Origin: Desulfonatronospira sp.
Lineage (GTDB): Bacteria; Desulfobacterota; Desulfovibrionia; Desulfovibrionales; Desulfonatronovibrionaceae
NCBI GenBank assembly: GCA_007127015.1
Contig: SLAE01000021.1
Coordinates: 1-39,610 of the forward strand
DNA: 39,610 nucleotides
Direction: 5' to 3'
The position numbers and the translations under genes were made by a program. Shown in pieces: positions 1 through 10,411 of this stretch; the stretch's first letter is position 1; each line of letters opens with the position of its first letter. The notes below the pieces were generated by a model. That model ran no database searches. It saw only the letters and a program-made list of their open reading frames with translations, and was not told the origin of the DNA.

Positions 1-121
1 CAATTAAGTATGAATCGGTTTTATGAAAATGCGGCATGGCACAAATATGCCTTATTATGGTCAAGATTCATGCTGTAAAATTTATGAATAATTTCGAATT
101 GAGTTTAAAGGAGGATTTTTT

Positions 122-2041
122 ATGGACAACAAAGGAGCTCTTGACTCTTTATTGCAGGAGGAAAGAATATTTCGTCCTCTGCCCCAGATGGTTATTGATG
201 CCAATATCAACCCTCAAGAATATTCATCAGTAATGAAGAAGTGTGAGGAAGACTATCTGGATTACTGGGAAGAGGCGGCCAAGGAGCTGGACTGGTTCAA
301 GAAATGGGATAAGGTGCTTGATGAATCCCAGGCGCCTTTCTACAAATGGTTCACCGGGGCCAAGTGCAACATTGCCTATAATGCCCTTGACCGGCATATT
401 GAAACGGCCAACAAGAACAAGCTGGCCCTGATATGGGAGGGAGAACCAGGCGACACCAAAAAATTCACCTATTACGAGCTGTACAGAGCTGTCAACAAAT
501 TCGCTAATGCTCTACGTTCCCTGGGGATCAAAAAAGGGGACAGAGTAGTTCTTTACATGCCTCCTCTTCCGGAAACCATGATTTCTCTTTTAGCCGTAGC
601 CAAAATTGGAGCAGTACACAGCATGGTTTTTGCCGGTTTTTCAGCCAAAGCGTTAAGAGAGCGCATCGAGGACGCGGAAGCCAAGCTGGTAATTACCGCA
701 GACGGATTCTACCGGAACGGACGTCCTGTAAATGTAAAGAATGTGGTGGACAAGGCCCTTGTTGGCGGGTGCGAAAGCGTTGATACAGTTGTAGTAGTGC
801 ACAGAACCAATGTGGAAGTGGAAATGACCGAAATGCGGGACATCTGGTACGAAGATCTGATTCGCCAGGAGAGCCCTATCTCAGAGACAGAGGTCATGGA
901 TTCCGAGGACATGCTCTTCCTGCTCTTCAGCTCTGGAACAACAGGCAAACCCAAAGGAATCGTCCATACCCACGGAGGGTACATGGTCGGTGTTCACCGA
1001 ACATTGAACTGGATCTTTGACATCAAGCCTACGGATATCTTCTGGTGCACTGCTGATGTAGGCTGGATCACGGGTCACAGCTATGTAGTTTACGGCCCCT
1101 TGATGGCTGGAACTACCACAGTAATGTTCGAGGGACATCCACTTTATCCTCAGGCGGATCGTTTATGGCATATGATTGCCCGCTATGGAGTGACCATTTT
1201 CTACACAGCACCTACGTTGATCAGGATGCTGATGCGTTACGGTGCTCAGTATCCGAAGCAGCACGATCTTTCGACACTGAGACTTCTGGGCAGCGTAGGC
1301 GAACCAATAAATCCTGAAGCCTGGATGTGGTATTACGCAAATATAGGACGATCAGAATGTCCAATTATCGACACCTGGTGGCAGACCGAAACCGGTTCGG
1401 TGATGATCAGTCCTCTGCCTATTTCTTTGCTCAAGCCGGGATCCTGTACCAAACCTTTGCCCGGGATACAGGCTGATGTGGTCGACAATGAAGGCAATTC
1501 TGTTCCTCCTGGAAAAGGCGGGCAGTTGATTATCAAAAAACCCTGGCCCTCAATGCTTAGAACCCTGTACAAGGACCCGGAGAGATATAAAAAGACTTAT
1601 TGGGAAAAGGTTCCTGGTGCATATCTGGCAGGAGACGTGGCCCGCAAGGACCAGGATGGTTATTTCTGGATCCAGGGACGTTCGGATGATGTAATAAGCA
1701 TTGCCGGACACCGGGTTGGATCAGCTGAAGTTGAAAGCGCGCTTGTTTCCCACAAAGCCGTTTCTGAAGCGGCAGTGATCGGGATTCCTGACAAGATCAA
1801 GGGTGAAGTGGCCAAAGCATTTGTTACTTTAAGCGCGGACTATACTCTGGATGATGCCGATGAATTGATCAAAGCTCTCAAAGCCCATGTAAGAGGCGAG
1901 CTTGGGCCTGTGGCAGTGATCAAGACCATTGAATTCAGGGATAAACTGCCAAAGACCCGCAGCGGCAAAATTATGCGCAGAGTGCTCAAAGCCCAGGAAC
2001 TTGGGGAGGAGGTAGGAGATACCTCGACTCTTGAAGATTAA
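122..2041 (+). CDS. acs: Acetyl-CoA synthetase (AMP-forming acetate--CoA ligase)
   Basis: 639 aa; [11 protein letters not shown]-loop, [28 protein letters not shown] and [11 protein letters not shown] motifs; AAGGAGG RBS upstream. Confidence 0.95.
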   Translation: MDNKGALDSLLQEERIFRPLPQMVIDANINPQEYSSVMKKCEEDYLDYWEEAAKELDWFKKWDKVLDESQAPFYKWFTGAKCNIAYNALDRHIETANKNKLALIWEGEPGDTKKFTYYELYRAVNKFANALRSLGIKKGDRVVLYMPPLPETMISLLAVAKIGAVHSMVFAGFSAKALRERIEDAEAKLVITADGFYRNGRPVNVKNVVDKALVGGCESVDTVVVVHRTNVEVEMTEMRDIWYEDLIRQESPISETEVMDSEDMLFLLFSSGTTGKPKGIVHTHGGYMVGVHRTLNWIFDIKPTDIFWCTADVGWITGHSYVVYGPLMAGTTTVMFEGHPLYPQADRLWHMIARYGVTIFYTAPTLIRMLMRYGAQYPKQHDLSTLRLLGSVGEPINPEAWMWYYANIGRSECPIIDTWWQTETGSVMISPLPISLLKPGSCTKPLPGIQADVVDNEGNSVPPGKGGQLIIKKPWPSMLRTLYKDPERYKKTYWEKVPGAYLAGDVARKDQDGYFWIQGRSDDVISIAGHRVGSAEVESALVSHKAVSEAAVIGIPDKIKGEVAKAFVTLSADYTLDDADELIKALKAHVRGELGPVAVIKTIEFRDKLPKTRSGKIMRRVLKAQELGEEVGDTSTLED

Positions 2042-2173
2042 AAACTGCGTAGTGCTGGTTTTTCAGCTACTGGATGCAAGCTCATGGGCGAGATTCGTTT
2101 GATCTGCGTTTTTCGCCCTCATTTCGTTTGACTGCCTGCCGTCTCGGATCTTCAAAAGGTCAGAGGTAAAAAC

Positions 2174-3415
2174 TTGGAGTTTTTCGATATAATTTTTTAT
2201 TTGTCCATGGCAGCCGGCCTGCTCATGGCATTCAGCCTGGGTGCCAATGATCTGGCCAACGCCATGGCCACGGCAGTGGGTTCGGGAGCGCTGAACGTAC
2301 GCCAGGCGGTTCTGATCGCTGCACCCCTTACATTTGCAGGAGCTGTCTTATTAGGTGCTCATGTTACTGCGACAATCACCAGAGGAGTGGTCAACCCGGA
2401 ACATATAGCCGACCCAAAGCTGATGGTTCTTGGCATGTTTGCGGCACTGCTTGCTGCTTCTCTCTGGGTTCTCCTGGCAAGTCTTGCTTCCCTGCCTGTT
2501 TCCACTACTCATTCCATAATCGGCAGCATTCTTGGTTTCGGACTGGTTGCCGGAGGACCTGATGTTGTAAACTGGCTGATACTTTTAATCGTGGTGCTTT
2601 CCTGGATAATCTCTCCTCTTTTTGCAGGCGTTATTGCATTTTTTATTTTTTCGCATATTAGAAAGTTTATTTTTTATCAAAAATATTACCTGCAGCAGGC
2701 CAGAATATGGGCGCCAAGGTGGATTGGACTGACGGTTCTCATCCTTGGATTTTCATTAGTGTTCAAGACTCCTTTAGGGGATGCTATTGATGTAAATGCA
2801 GCTGCTGCAGTGCTTATGATCGTTGCTCTGGCTTTTATATTCTGGCTGGTATTCAGGTCCTTGATCAATAGATTTACCAGTCATATGGAACAAAATGTGG
2901 AAAATGTCGAAGGCATTTTCCGCAGGCTGCAGATAATGACATCGTCTTACGTTGCTTTTTCACTGGGAGCCAATGACGTGGCCAATGCGGTAGGACCGGT
3001 GGCTGTAATTTTTATCATCGCCAGGCAGCATGCTCTAGTCGAAGAGGCGGATATACCTCTTTTTCTTCTGATTTTCGGGGGACTGGGCATTGCAGCGGGC
3101 ATAGCTCTTTTAGGCTCCCGGGTTATCCGCACCGTAGGAACCAGGATAACGACCTTGACCAATACCAGAGGATTCTCAGTAAATTATGGCGCTGCGACTG
3201 CGGTACTGGTTGCTTCCATGCTGGGCATGCCTGTTTCCACCACTCATGCCTGCGTAGGGGGGGTAACAGGCGTAGGTTTGGCCAGAGGCTTCAGCGCCAT
3301 TGACCTGAGTGTGTTGATACGCATTGTGGGCTATTGGGTGCTGACTGTTCCCATAGCTGCTTTTACCTGCATAATTATTTTTCAGATTCTGCGCTGGATT
3401 TTTATTTATCCATAG
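2174..3415 (+). CDS. Inorganic phosphate transporter, PiT family
   Basis: Duplicated GAND(L/V)AN signatures and two PVSTTH motifs; many hydrophobic segments; TTG start preceded by GAGG. Confidence 0.93.
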   Translation: MEFFDIIFYLSMAAGLLMAFSLGANDLANAMATAVGSGALNVRQAVLIAAPLTFAGAVLLGAHVTATITRGVVNPEHIADPKLMVLGMFAALLAASLWVLLASLASLPVSTTHSIIGSILGFGLVAGGPDVVNWLILLIVVLSWIISPLFAGVIAFFIFSHIRKFIFYQKYYLQQARIWAPRWIGLTVLILGFSLVFKTPLGDAIDVNAAAAVLMIVALAFIFWLVFRSLINRFTSHMEQNVENVEGIFRRLQIMTSSYVAFSLGANDVANAVGPVAVIFIIARQHALVEEADIPLFLLIFGGLGIAAGIALLGSRVIRTVGTRITTLTNTRGFSVNYGAATAVLVASMLGMPVSTTHACVGGVTGVGLARGFSAIDLSVLIRIVGYWVLTVPIAAFTCIIIFQILRWIFIYP

Positions 3416-3444
3416 GACTTCCCGAATTAAGCGCGAGGTAGCAC

Positions 3445-4113
3445 ATGAGACTAAATTTTTTCGGCCTTTTGAGCACAAAGTCCCCCATGGAAGGATTGTA
3501 CGAACACTATGAGAAGATTCATGAATCCCTGGAAATCATCAATGAAGCTCTGGAATGTTATATAGGCGGGGGACATTGTACTGAATTCCAGTCACTGCAG
3601 AACATGGTCAATGATCTTGAGAGCCAGGCGGATAAAATTATCCGCAATATTCGCAACCGGCTGCCTCGGAGCCTGTTCATGAGCGTGGAAAAGACCCAGT
3701 TTCTTAATTACACAAGCATGCAGGACGATATCCTGGATGCTGCTCAAGAGGCTTTGAACTGGCTGGCCATGCGCGATGTAAAAATCCCGGAAGAATTTCA
3801 ACGCGATCTATTGTACCTGCAAGACGATGTAGCCACCACCCTGGAGATGCTTGGGCCTGCGCTTAAGGATACCACTGCCCTGGTGCATATGGAAAACCTG
3901 AATCGTGAGGAGGTGAAGGAAAAGCTGAGAAAAATCCGGGAGAAAAAAGACAAGGTTTTCAGGGACAAAAACGCTCTGGCCAGAATGATCTTCAATTCGG
4001 ATATCGAGTTCAAGGACATTTATCAGCTGATCCATTTTACGGAAAAACTCTATCAGATGGCCTACAGCAGCAGCAAGTGCGCTGAAATTCTGAGGACCAT
4101 GATCGCCAGATAA
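3445..4113 (+). CDS. DUF47 / PhoU-like phosphate transport accessory protein
   Basis: 222 aa helical protein with LESQAD..IR and QDDILD patterns; directly downstream of the PiT gene, the usual pairing. Confidence 0.85.
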   Translation: MRLNFFGLLSTKSPMEGLYEHYEKIHESLEIINEALECYIGGGHCTEFQSLQNMVNDLESQADKIIRNIRNRLPRSLFMSVEKTQFLNYTSMQDDILDAAQEALNWLAMRDVKIPEEFQRDLLYLQDDVATTLEMLGPALKDTTALVHMENLNREEVKEKLRKIREKKDKVFRDKNALARMIFNSDIEFKDIYQLIHFTEKLYQMAYSSSKCAEILRTMIAR

Positions 4114-4230
4114 AAAAATTCCGCCCATTGATTGCTGATCATGCCGGCTTCTTAGAAACATTGTTCTGTCAGGACAGGTCTCTACTAAAACCTGTTATTT
4201 AGGAACAATATAAATTTATGGCTGACTAAT

Positions 4231-5598
4231 ATGTCTGAAACGCCAAGGCTTTTAATCGTGGATGATGAGGCGGGCCACAGGATGATGGTCAGGGCAGTCC
4301 TGCAGGATCTGGGATATGAAATTTTTGAAGCGGCCAATGGTTTACAGTGCATGGAATTTCTAGAGAAGAATCATGCCGATGTTGTTCTGCTGGACATAAA
4401 GATGCCTGGACTAGACGGCATGCAGGTCCTGGAACGAATAAAAAGAGGCCGTAAAGATGTTCAGGTGGTTATGCTGACCGCCTTCGGCAGTGTGGGCTCT
4501 GCTGTCGAAGCCATGAAAAAAGGAGCGTTTGACTATCTGATCAAGCCTGCGGATATCGATGAATTGAAGGCGGTTATTCAGCAGGCTTATGAATACCGGC
4601 GACTGGTTAAATCTGAGCGCCCAATTAAAGGGTTAAGCCCTTTTAAGGATGATGCCGGGATCATCGGTGAAAGCTCAGCCATGGGGCAGCTTCTGGACAT
4701 GGTTGATCAGGTGGGTCGAAGCGAGGCCAACGTGCTTATCCTGGGAGAATCAGGCACGGGCAAAGAGCTTGTCGCTCAGGCCCTGCACAGAGTAAGTCCC
4801 AGGAGAAAAAATCCGCTTATCAGCATCAACAGTTCGGCCTTGCCGGCTGATCTGCTGGAGAGCGAACTGTTCGGCTATCAAAAAGGTGCATTTACAGGGG
4901 CATTTAAAGACAAGCCCGGAAAGTTCCAGCTGGCGGAAAAAGGCACCCTTTTTCTGGATGAAATCGCAGATTTTCCCTTGAAATTACAGCCCAAGCTGCT
5001 CAGGGCGCTGCAGGAAAAAAAGATACAGCCCCTGGGAGACACCAGAGAAATAATAGTGGATGTACGTTTTCTGGCCGCAACCAACAAGGATCTGCTGCAT
5101 GAAGTAAGAGCTGAAAACTTCAGGCAGGATCTCTATTATAGACTGAATGTCGTGGAGATCAGGGTGCCTGCCTTGCGGGAGAGAATGGAGGATCTACCCC
5201 TGCTGGTTAATCATTTCATAAGAGTGCTCGGAAAAAAGAACCGTAAGCAGGTCAAGGGGATCAGCCGCAACTTTCTGGATGCCCTTTATGGTTATTCGTG
5301 GCCGGGAAACATCCGTGAACTTGAAAATGTAATCGAGCGGGCCATAATTTTGTCCAGAAGCGATGTGCTTGACTCCGCAGTTCTTCCGGAAATTATTGTC
5401 ACAGAATCTGGCCGAAAGTCCCAGGCACACTTAATACAGTCTTCACAAGAAGCTTTGGAAGATGCAGAGAAAAAGGTTTTGAAGGAGGCTTTGAACACGC
5501 ATCAGGGGCACAGGGAAAATACAGCCAAAGCTTTGGGAATCAGTAGGCGTACTCTACAGTATAAACTTAAGAAGCATGGTCTGACCAGAAGATCATAA
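4231..5598 (+). CDS. Sigma-54-dependent NtrC/ZraR-type response regulator (REC-AAA+-Fis HTH)
   Basis: IVDDE and LLDIKMP receiver; GESGTGKE Walker A, ESELFG, GAFTGA, LFLDEI, WPGNIREL; C-terminal TAKALGISRRTLQYKL. Confidence 0.95.
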   Translation: MSETPRLLIVDDEAGHRMMVRAVLQDLGYEIFEAANGLQCMEFLEKNHADVVLLDIKMPGLDGMQVLERIKRGRKDVQVVMLTAFGSVGSAVEAMKKGAFDYLIKPADIDELKAVIQQAYEYRRLVKSERPIKGLSPFKDDAGIIGESSAMGQLLDMVDQVGRSEANVLILGESGTGKELVAQALHRVSPRRKNPLISINSSALPADLLESELFGYQKGAFTGAFKDKPGKFQLAEKGTLFLDEIADFPLKLQPKLLRALQEKKIQPLGDTREIIVDVRFLAATNKDLLHEVRAENFRQDLYYRLNVVEIRVPALRERMEDLPLLVNHFIRVLGKKNRKQVKGISRNFLDALYGYSWPGNIRELENVIERAIILSRSDVLDSAVLPEIIVTESGRKSQAHLIQSSQEALEDAEKKVLKEALNTHQGHRENTAKALGISRRTLQYKLKKHGLTRRS

Positions 5599-5617
5599 GC
5601 ATAGTTAAAACCGGCGG

Positions 5618-7516
5618 TTACCAGGAAAAAGATTTTTTAAGCCAGGAGGTCAGTTCTTCAGCAGACTGAGGTTTTCCGATCCAGTATCCCTGGACCATAT
5701 CACAGCCAATATTTTTAAGTAATTCGATACTTGCCTGATTGCCCACTCCTTCAGCGATCACCTGCATATCCAGATTGTGAGCAAGATCAACCATTGATTT
5801 GACCATTCTTTGATTCTTGATGTTGTGTTCCAGATCAAGAACCAGGCCAGGATCTATCTTCAGGGTCTTGACCGGAAGTTCGGTCAGGCAGGGGATTGAC
5901 GAGTTGCCGCCGAAATTATCCAGGCAAACGGGGATTTTCATGTCCTGCATAATGTTCATAAAACTTTGTACCTGATGCGTTGCTCCAGTCAGCATGCTTT
6001 CAGCTATTTCCAGCTCCAAACAAGAATTTTCCAGTCCAAGTTCTTCCAGGATACTCGATACTCTGTCAGGAAATCCAACGTCCAGGATGTCCTGATTTGT
6101 CAGATTAATGCTGCCCGCCAGGTTTATCCCCATCATCCGCCATTCCCTGATCTGAGCCAAAGTCTTTTGCAGGACAGCTGTATTTATCTCCAGGGCCAGA
6201 CCTGCCCGCTCAGCCAGAGGGATGAATTCTTCTGGAGGAATAACTCCCTTGGTGGGATGAAGCCAGCGGATCAGGGCCTCAACATTGCAGATTTTTCCGT
6301 CAGATACATGGATTGCGGGTTGAAAATAAACGTTCAATCTGTCTTCAGCCAATGCTTTCTTAAGATCAGAGATCAGGCTTAACCGGTTCAAACCCGGCGA
6401 ATCGAATCTGCGGTCATACAGAGCATAACCTGTATTCATGCGTCTGGCAGCATACATGGCCATATCCGCTCTGCTAAGCAGCTGCCCCAGATTTTTTCCA
6501 TGATCGGGAAATAAAGATATGCCGATGCTTATTCCCAGAAAAATGCTCTGTTCTTGCATTTTGAAGGGCCTGGACATGATTTCCAGAATTTTCCCGGCTT
6601 TTTCTCGAGCACGTTCTTCTGCATCCGGGCCGCTGAGCACCACGGCAAATTCATCTCCGCCCAAACGTCCCAAGCATTCAGCGCCTTCAATAATATCCTG
6701 CAGACGATAACCTGCTTTGACCAGCAGATCGTCTCCAGCCTGATGTCCGAAATTTTCATTGACTTCTTTGAACTGATCCAGGTCAATAAGGATAAAAGCA
6801 GCCTTTATTTCATAAACAGTGTCCAGACAGGAGCGTATTTCACTTTCCAGTCTTTTGATTATGGTATCGCGATTGGGCAGCCGGGTAAGCCTGTCATAGC
6901 CGGCCTTAACCTCAGATGACCTGGCCTTATTATTGGTTTTCTTAAGCTGAGTGTTTGTTTCCCTGAAGAGCGTGTACAGTTCAAAATTTTCCAGGGTACT
7001 GGCGGTGCCGGATAAAATGAGACTCAGAAGAGCCCAGGACACATCCGGAATTGTAGAGATATCTCCTTTTAAAAGTCCGATGAACATGCCCCGGATGCGG
7101 GAGCTGGAGCTAAGAACTTGAAGGACTACACGCATATCCTGATTAGACGAAGCCAGAAGCAAGGCTTTCTTCTCCATTATCGCGGATGAGAAGAAACCCA
7201 GATCGATAAGAAGTTCGGATTCCAGACGCAAAACGCGTTCCTGTTTTTCTGGTGTAAGATAAGCCGGATAAAAATCATTATCCTGTTCATCCACCAGAAA
7301 CATGCCCATGGCATGAAAGTCGATAATCCTGGAAATGCCTGAGCAGGTTTTTTCCAGAATAAGTGAACTGGTCTGCAGCTTATTCATGCTTGGCTGAATA
7401 TCTATCAAAGCTGCAGCCACTTTCAGGCCTTCCAGGGCAAAGCTGTTCACTTCCTCCTGGTGCTTCAGCCTGTGCTGAAGCTCAATCATGTATTCCGAGT
7501 TTTTTTTGTCGAACAT
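5618..7516 (-). CDS. GGDEF-EAL c-di-GMP enzyme with N-terminal GAF-like region; EAL partly degenerate
   Basis: DRLTRLPNR, DLDQFKEVN, RLGGDEF; VEALIRW, AEGV, QGYWIGKP; loop 6 reads DNFGGNSS. Confidence 0.9.
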   Translation of the reverse strand: MFDKKNSEYMIELQHRLKHQEEVNSFALEGLKVAAALIDIQPSMNKLQTSSLILEKTCSGISRIIDFHAMGMFLVDEQDNDFYPAYLTPEKQERVLRLESELLIDLGFFSSAIMEKKALLLASSNQDMRVVLQVLSSSSRIRGMFIGLLKGDISTIPDVSWALLSLILSGTASTLENFELYTLFRETNTQLKKTNNKARSSEVKAGYDRLTRLPNRDTIIKRLESEIRSCLDTVYEIKAAFILIDLDQFKEVNENFGHQAGDDLLVKAGYRLQDIIEGAECLGRLGGDEFAVVLSGPDAEERAREKAGKILEIMSRPFKMQEQSIFLGISIGISLFPDHGKNLGQLLSRADMAMYAARRMNTGYALYDRRFDSPGLNRLSLISDLKKALAEDRLNVYFQPAIHVSDGKICNVEALIRWLHPTKGVIPPEEFIPLAERAGLALEINTAVLQKTLAQIREWRMMGINLAGSINLTNQDILDVGFPDRVSSILEELGLENSCLELEIAESMLTGATHQVQSFMNIMQDMKIPVCLDNFGGNSSIPCLTELPVKTLKIDPGLVLDLEHNIKNQRMVKSMVDLAHNLDMQVIAEGVGNQASIELLKNIGCDMVQGYWIGKPQSAEELTSWLKKSFSW

Positions 7517-7519
7517 AAG

Positions 7520-8779
7520 CTAAATCACAGCATTTTCTTTAATTTCACTTAAAAAAGTTTTTGAAAAGTTATCCACCCGGGACTGCATTATTTTTGCTGT
7601 CTGGTATAAAATGTAAGGATCAAGCTTCAGTCTGGACCATGAATCAAGATCCGGTTCCGGAATAAAAAAATTTCCGCTGCAGCCTATTTCGCAGCCTATG
7701 CTTAAAGTATCAGCCATATTCACCAGAGTTGCTTCCAGTCGATAATCTGACCGGTATGGATGATGATGATGTCTGATAGTCTGCACTACCTTGTCTGGAT
7801 GTAGCCATTTTCCGGCCAGCGTAGCTCCTAGCTCAGCATGATCCTGATGAAAGAACAACTTTTCCGCATGATGCAGTTTAGAGCCTTCTTTTACAGAAGC
7901 ATACATAGATTCCAGAATTTTAATAGGAAAATGCGTCAGCATGAGCAGTCTGCCTATATCGTGAAGCAGTCCGCAGACGAATATGTTTTCCGGATCAGAC
8001 AGACCGCAGTGCTGAGCCAGAATTTTGGCTCCTGCGGCACAGGCCAGGCTGTGTTTCCAGAATTCCGGCATATCAATTATTTCCGGGGGGATATTTTTGA
8101 ACCGGGAAAAAACAGTCACAGCCTCGGCCAGCATGCTGAGCTGCCTCGTTCCCATAACCCTCACCGCCCTGCTGATGGTATCAATCCGGAATGATGAGCC
8201 AAAAGCAGGACTGTTGACCAGTTTAAGGAGCATGGCGCTCAGCCCGGGATCACTGCTGATCAACTCTGTGAGATGTCTGGAGGATGCCTTCAGATCTTTG
8301 GAAGCGACTGAGAATTGACCAAAGACTTGAGGAACACAAGGAAGCCTTACTTCATCGGAAATTATGCTGGAAGGATCCAGTGGATAGGCAGAACTTTTTT
8401 CCGGGGGCGCAGAAGAATCCAGAACTTTAAGGCGATCAGAAAAAGAAATATTCGTAGAATAATTTCTGCAGTGACGCTGGGCAAATATATTTACCAGCTT
8501 AAGGCTCGTATCGCTGCGGGGATCATGGTCCGGGAAGCGCTGCAAGACCATGGAAACAGCTTTTCCCCATTCTTTGGAAGAGAAATGCTGATCAATATTT
8601 ACTGCATTAAAATCCGGACCACAAACTTCTAATTCACTTATTCCCCAAATCTTTAGAATGCGCAGGTGTTTTTCTGATAAGTGCAGCCCTTTGCTTAGAA
8701 GAAAACGCCCGTTGCAGTCGTGTACGTCCTGAGCAAGGATCATTCCGGGTTTTATGTTTTCTAGAAATATTTTGCCCAT
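7520..8779 (-). CDS. HDOD domain protein
   Basis: DPGLSAMLLKLVNS, FWKHSLACA, GLLHDIG, HAELGATLAGKW; N-terminal KPGMILAQDV segment seen in HD-type signalling proteins. Confidence 0.9.
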   Translation of the reverse strand: MGKIFLENIKPGMILAQDVHDCNGRFLLSKGLHLSEKHLRILKIWGISELEVCGPDFNAVNIDQHFSSKEWGKAVSMVLQRFPDHDPRSDTSLKLVNIFAQRHCRNYSTNISFSDRLKVLDSSAPPEKSSAYPLDPSSIISDEVRLPCVPQVFGQFSVASKDLKASSRHLTELISSDPGLSAMLLKLVNSPAFGSSFRIDTISRAVRVMGTRQLSMLAEAVTVFSRFKNIPPEIIDMPEFWKHSLACAAGAKILAQHCGLSDPENIFVCGLLHDIGRLLMLTHFPIKILESMYASVKEGSKLHHAEKLFFHQDHAELGATLAGKWLHPDKVVQTIRHHHHPYRSDYRLEATLVNMADTLSIGCEIGCSGNFFIPEPDLDSWSRLKLDPYILYQTAKIMQSRVDNFSKTFLSEIKENAVI

Positions 8780-8914
8780 GTGCGGTGAAGTGCTGCGGAT
8801 GAGGTTAACAGATTTTTAGCAGTATAGGCTTACTAGACCTTAAAGAACATAGATGCACTGAGTCAAGAAAATTTAAATTAAAAAAAACTTTTGCCGCTCT
8901 GAGACCAAACAAGA

Positions 8915-10405
8915 TCATTGAAAATAACGATCAATAAAATAACATGCTCCCTGAGGCAGAAAATCCGGTATATCATAGTATCTTTGTTTAATATCTGTCA
9001 GAATCTCTTCCCGGTAGTTCAAAAAATTAAAATTTCTTCCAATGCCTACTGCAAATTCAGCTCCTTTAACCCTGATAAAGTGAGTTTCAACACTGGAAAA
9101 AAAGGGTTCGAGCATTCCAGTATCCAGAGCAGGTCTGCGGGACAAGAACAAAATGTCCATACCGTCCAGTTGACTGAAGTCGGTCAGGCGGTCGTCTTCG
9201 CGGCCGTATTTGGATCCTGTCCCCAGTACACCCCAGTAGTGCCTGGAATAAAAAGACAGCACCGCAGACCTGGAGTAACTGGAAGTAGTGTAATGATCAG
9301 CATCCAAACCGTTTACAGCTTCAGCCACTTCAGCGGGTCTGAGGTAAAATACTGCGTCCTGGTGCAGGCTTGGACTGTCTCTGATGACATCCAGGGGCAA
9401 TGCAAGCAGGATGAGAGCAATGAGTGCGTGCACCAGTGCATAGCCGAGCATGAATTTCCGGACAAAAACCAGTGAGTTCCCGGGAATATGAGCATAAACC
9501 AGATACAGGAAAGGGATGAAGCCCAGCACCCAGTGCAGGCCAATTGAATAAAACCATGAAACCACAAAAAAAACACACAGGGGGACCAGAGCTGCCAGGA
9601 AGAAAAGATCAAAGCCCTTTGTCCTGATAATGGAGGTGATGTTTTTCCAATTTCTGAAGAATTGTACAGCCAGAACCGGAGATATGATCCAGACGAGCAC
9701 AGCCAGGAGCAAAAGAGGCTGAACAAGGCTTATCTGTGGATCCTGGGTCCGGTTGATGAAGTTGAACATTATATTCACCCAGCAATGGGTGTAATTCCAG
9801 TAAAGATTGAGCAGAATAAGCGGCATGCAGCCCAAAAGAACAAGTGCCAGCCGGTCAAGCCTGTTAAGTCCGAAGCGCAAGAAATGGATCAGATAGGCAA
9901 GAAGTAAAAGGGCAGCGAAATATTTGGACAAAAAGGCCAGACCCAAAAGGATGCCTGATAGCAGATACAAGCCCGAGCTGTCTCTTTGTTCAGCCCGGTA
10001 AAGGATCAGGACTGATAAGAACATGGCCACGATAAGCGGAGTATCCGTGCTGACCATGACACCTAGAAGATAAACCGGAGTAAGCAGAAAAATTGTGGAA
10101 ACCAGAAGGGCTCTGGTTCTGTCCTGATCGCTTAAGGTATAGTAAATACCCCAGACCAGAACATATCCACCAAGGATGGAAGGCAGGCGTACGAATACTT
10201 CGCTTTCATGGATTTTCAGGCTCAGGTGGATGAGCCAGCCAACCAGCGGAGGATGATCATAATATCCAAGAGCCGGATTTTGGGCCCAGAGTACGAAGTA
10301 GGCCTCATCTCCTGTCAAAGGAAGAGCATGTGCCAGATAAAGCTTTACCGGCAGAGATAAGGCCAGGGCAAAATAGAAATAATATCTGGCTTGAGTGTAA
10401 TTCAT
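8915..10405 (-). CDS. GT-C fold membrane glycosyltransferase (ArnT/PMT-like), putative arabinofuranosyltransferase
   Basis: GDEAYF and GYYDHPPL in first loop, TDTPL, LSKY; about 11-12 hydrophobic segments plus soluble C-terminal domain; sugar specificity inferred only from neighbours. Confidence 0.8.
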   Translation of the reverse strand: MNYTQARYYFYFALALSLPVKLYLAHALPLTGDEAYFVLWAQNPALGYYDHPPLVGWLIHLSLKIHESEVFVRLPSILGGYVLVWGIYYTLSDQDRTRALLVSTIFLLTPVYLLGVMVSTDTPLIVAMFLSVLILYRAEQRDSSGLYLLSGILLGLAFLSKYFAALLLLAYLIHFLRFGLNRLDRLALVLLGCMPLILLNLYWNYTHCWVNIMFNFINRTQDPQISLVQPLLLLAVLVWIISPVLAVQFFRNWKNITSIIRTKGFDLFFLAALVPLCVFFVVSWFYSIGLHWVLGFIPFLYLVYAHIPGNSLVFVRKFMLGYALVHALIALILLALPLDVIRDSPSLHQDAVFYLRPAEVAEAVNGLDADHYTTSSYSRSAVLSFYSRHYWGVLGTGSKYGREDDRLTDFSQLDGMDILFLSRRPALDTGMLEPFFSSVETHFIRVKGAEFAVGIGRNFNFLNYREEILTDIKQRYYDIPDFLPQGACYFIDRYFQ

Positions 10406-10411
10406 CAGCTG

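Noticed and set aside
37-50. TGGCAC-AAAT-ATGC resembling a sigma-54 promoter upstream of acs
   Set aside because: GG to GC spacing is 9 nt; sigma-54 needs 10
4166-4177. CTGTC-AG-GACAG palindrome upstream of the response regulator
   Set aside because: Only 5-bp arms; expected by chance without conservation data
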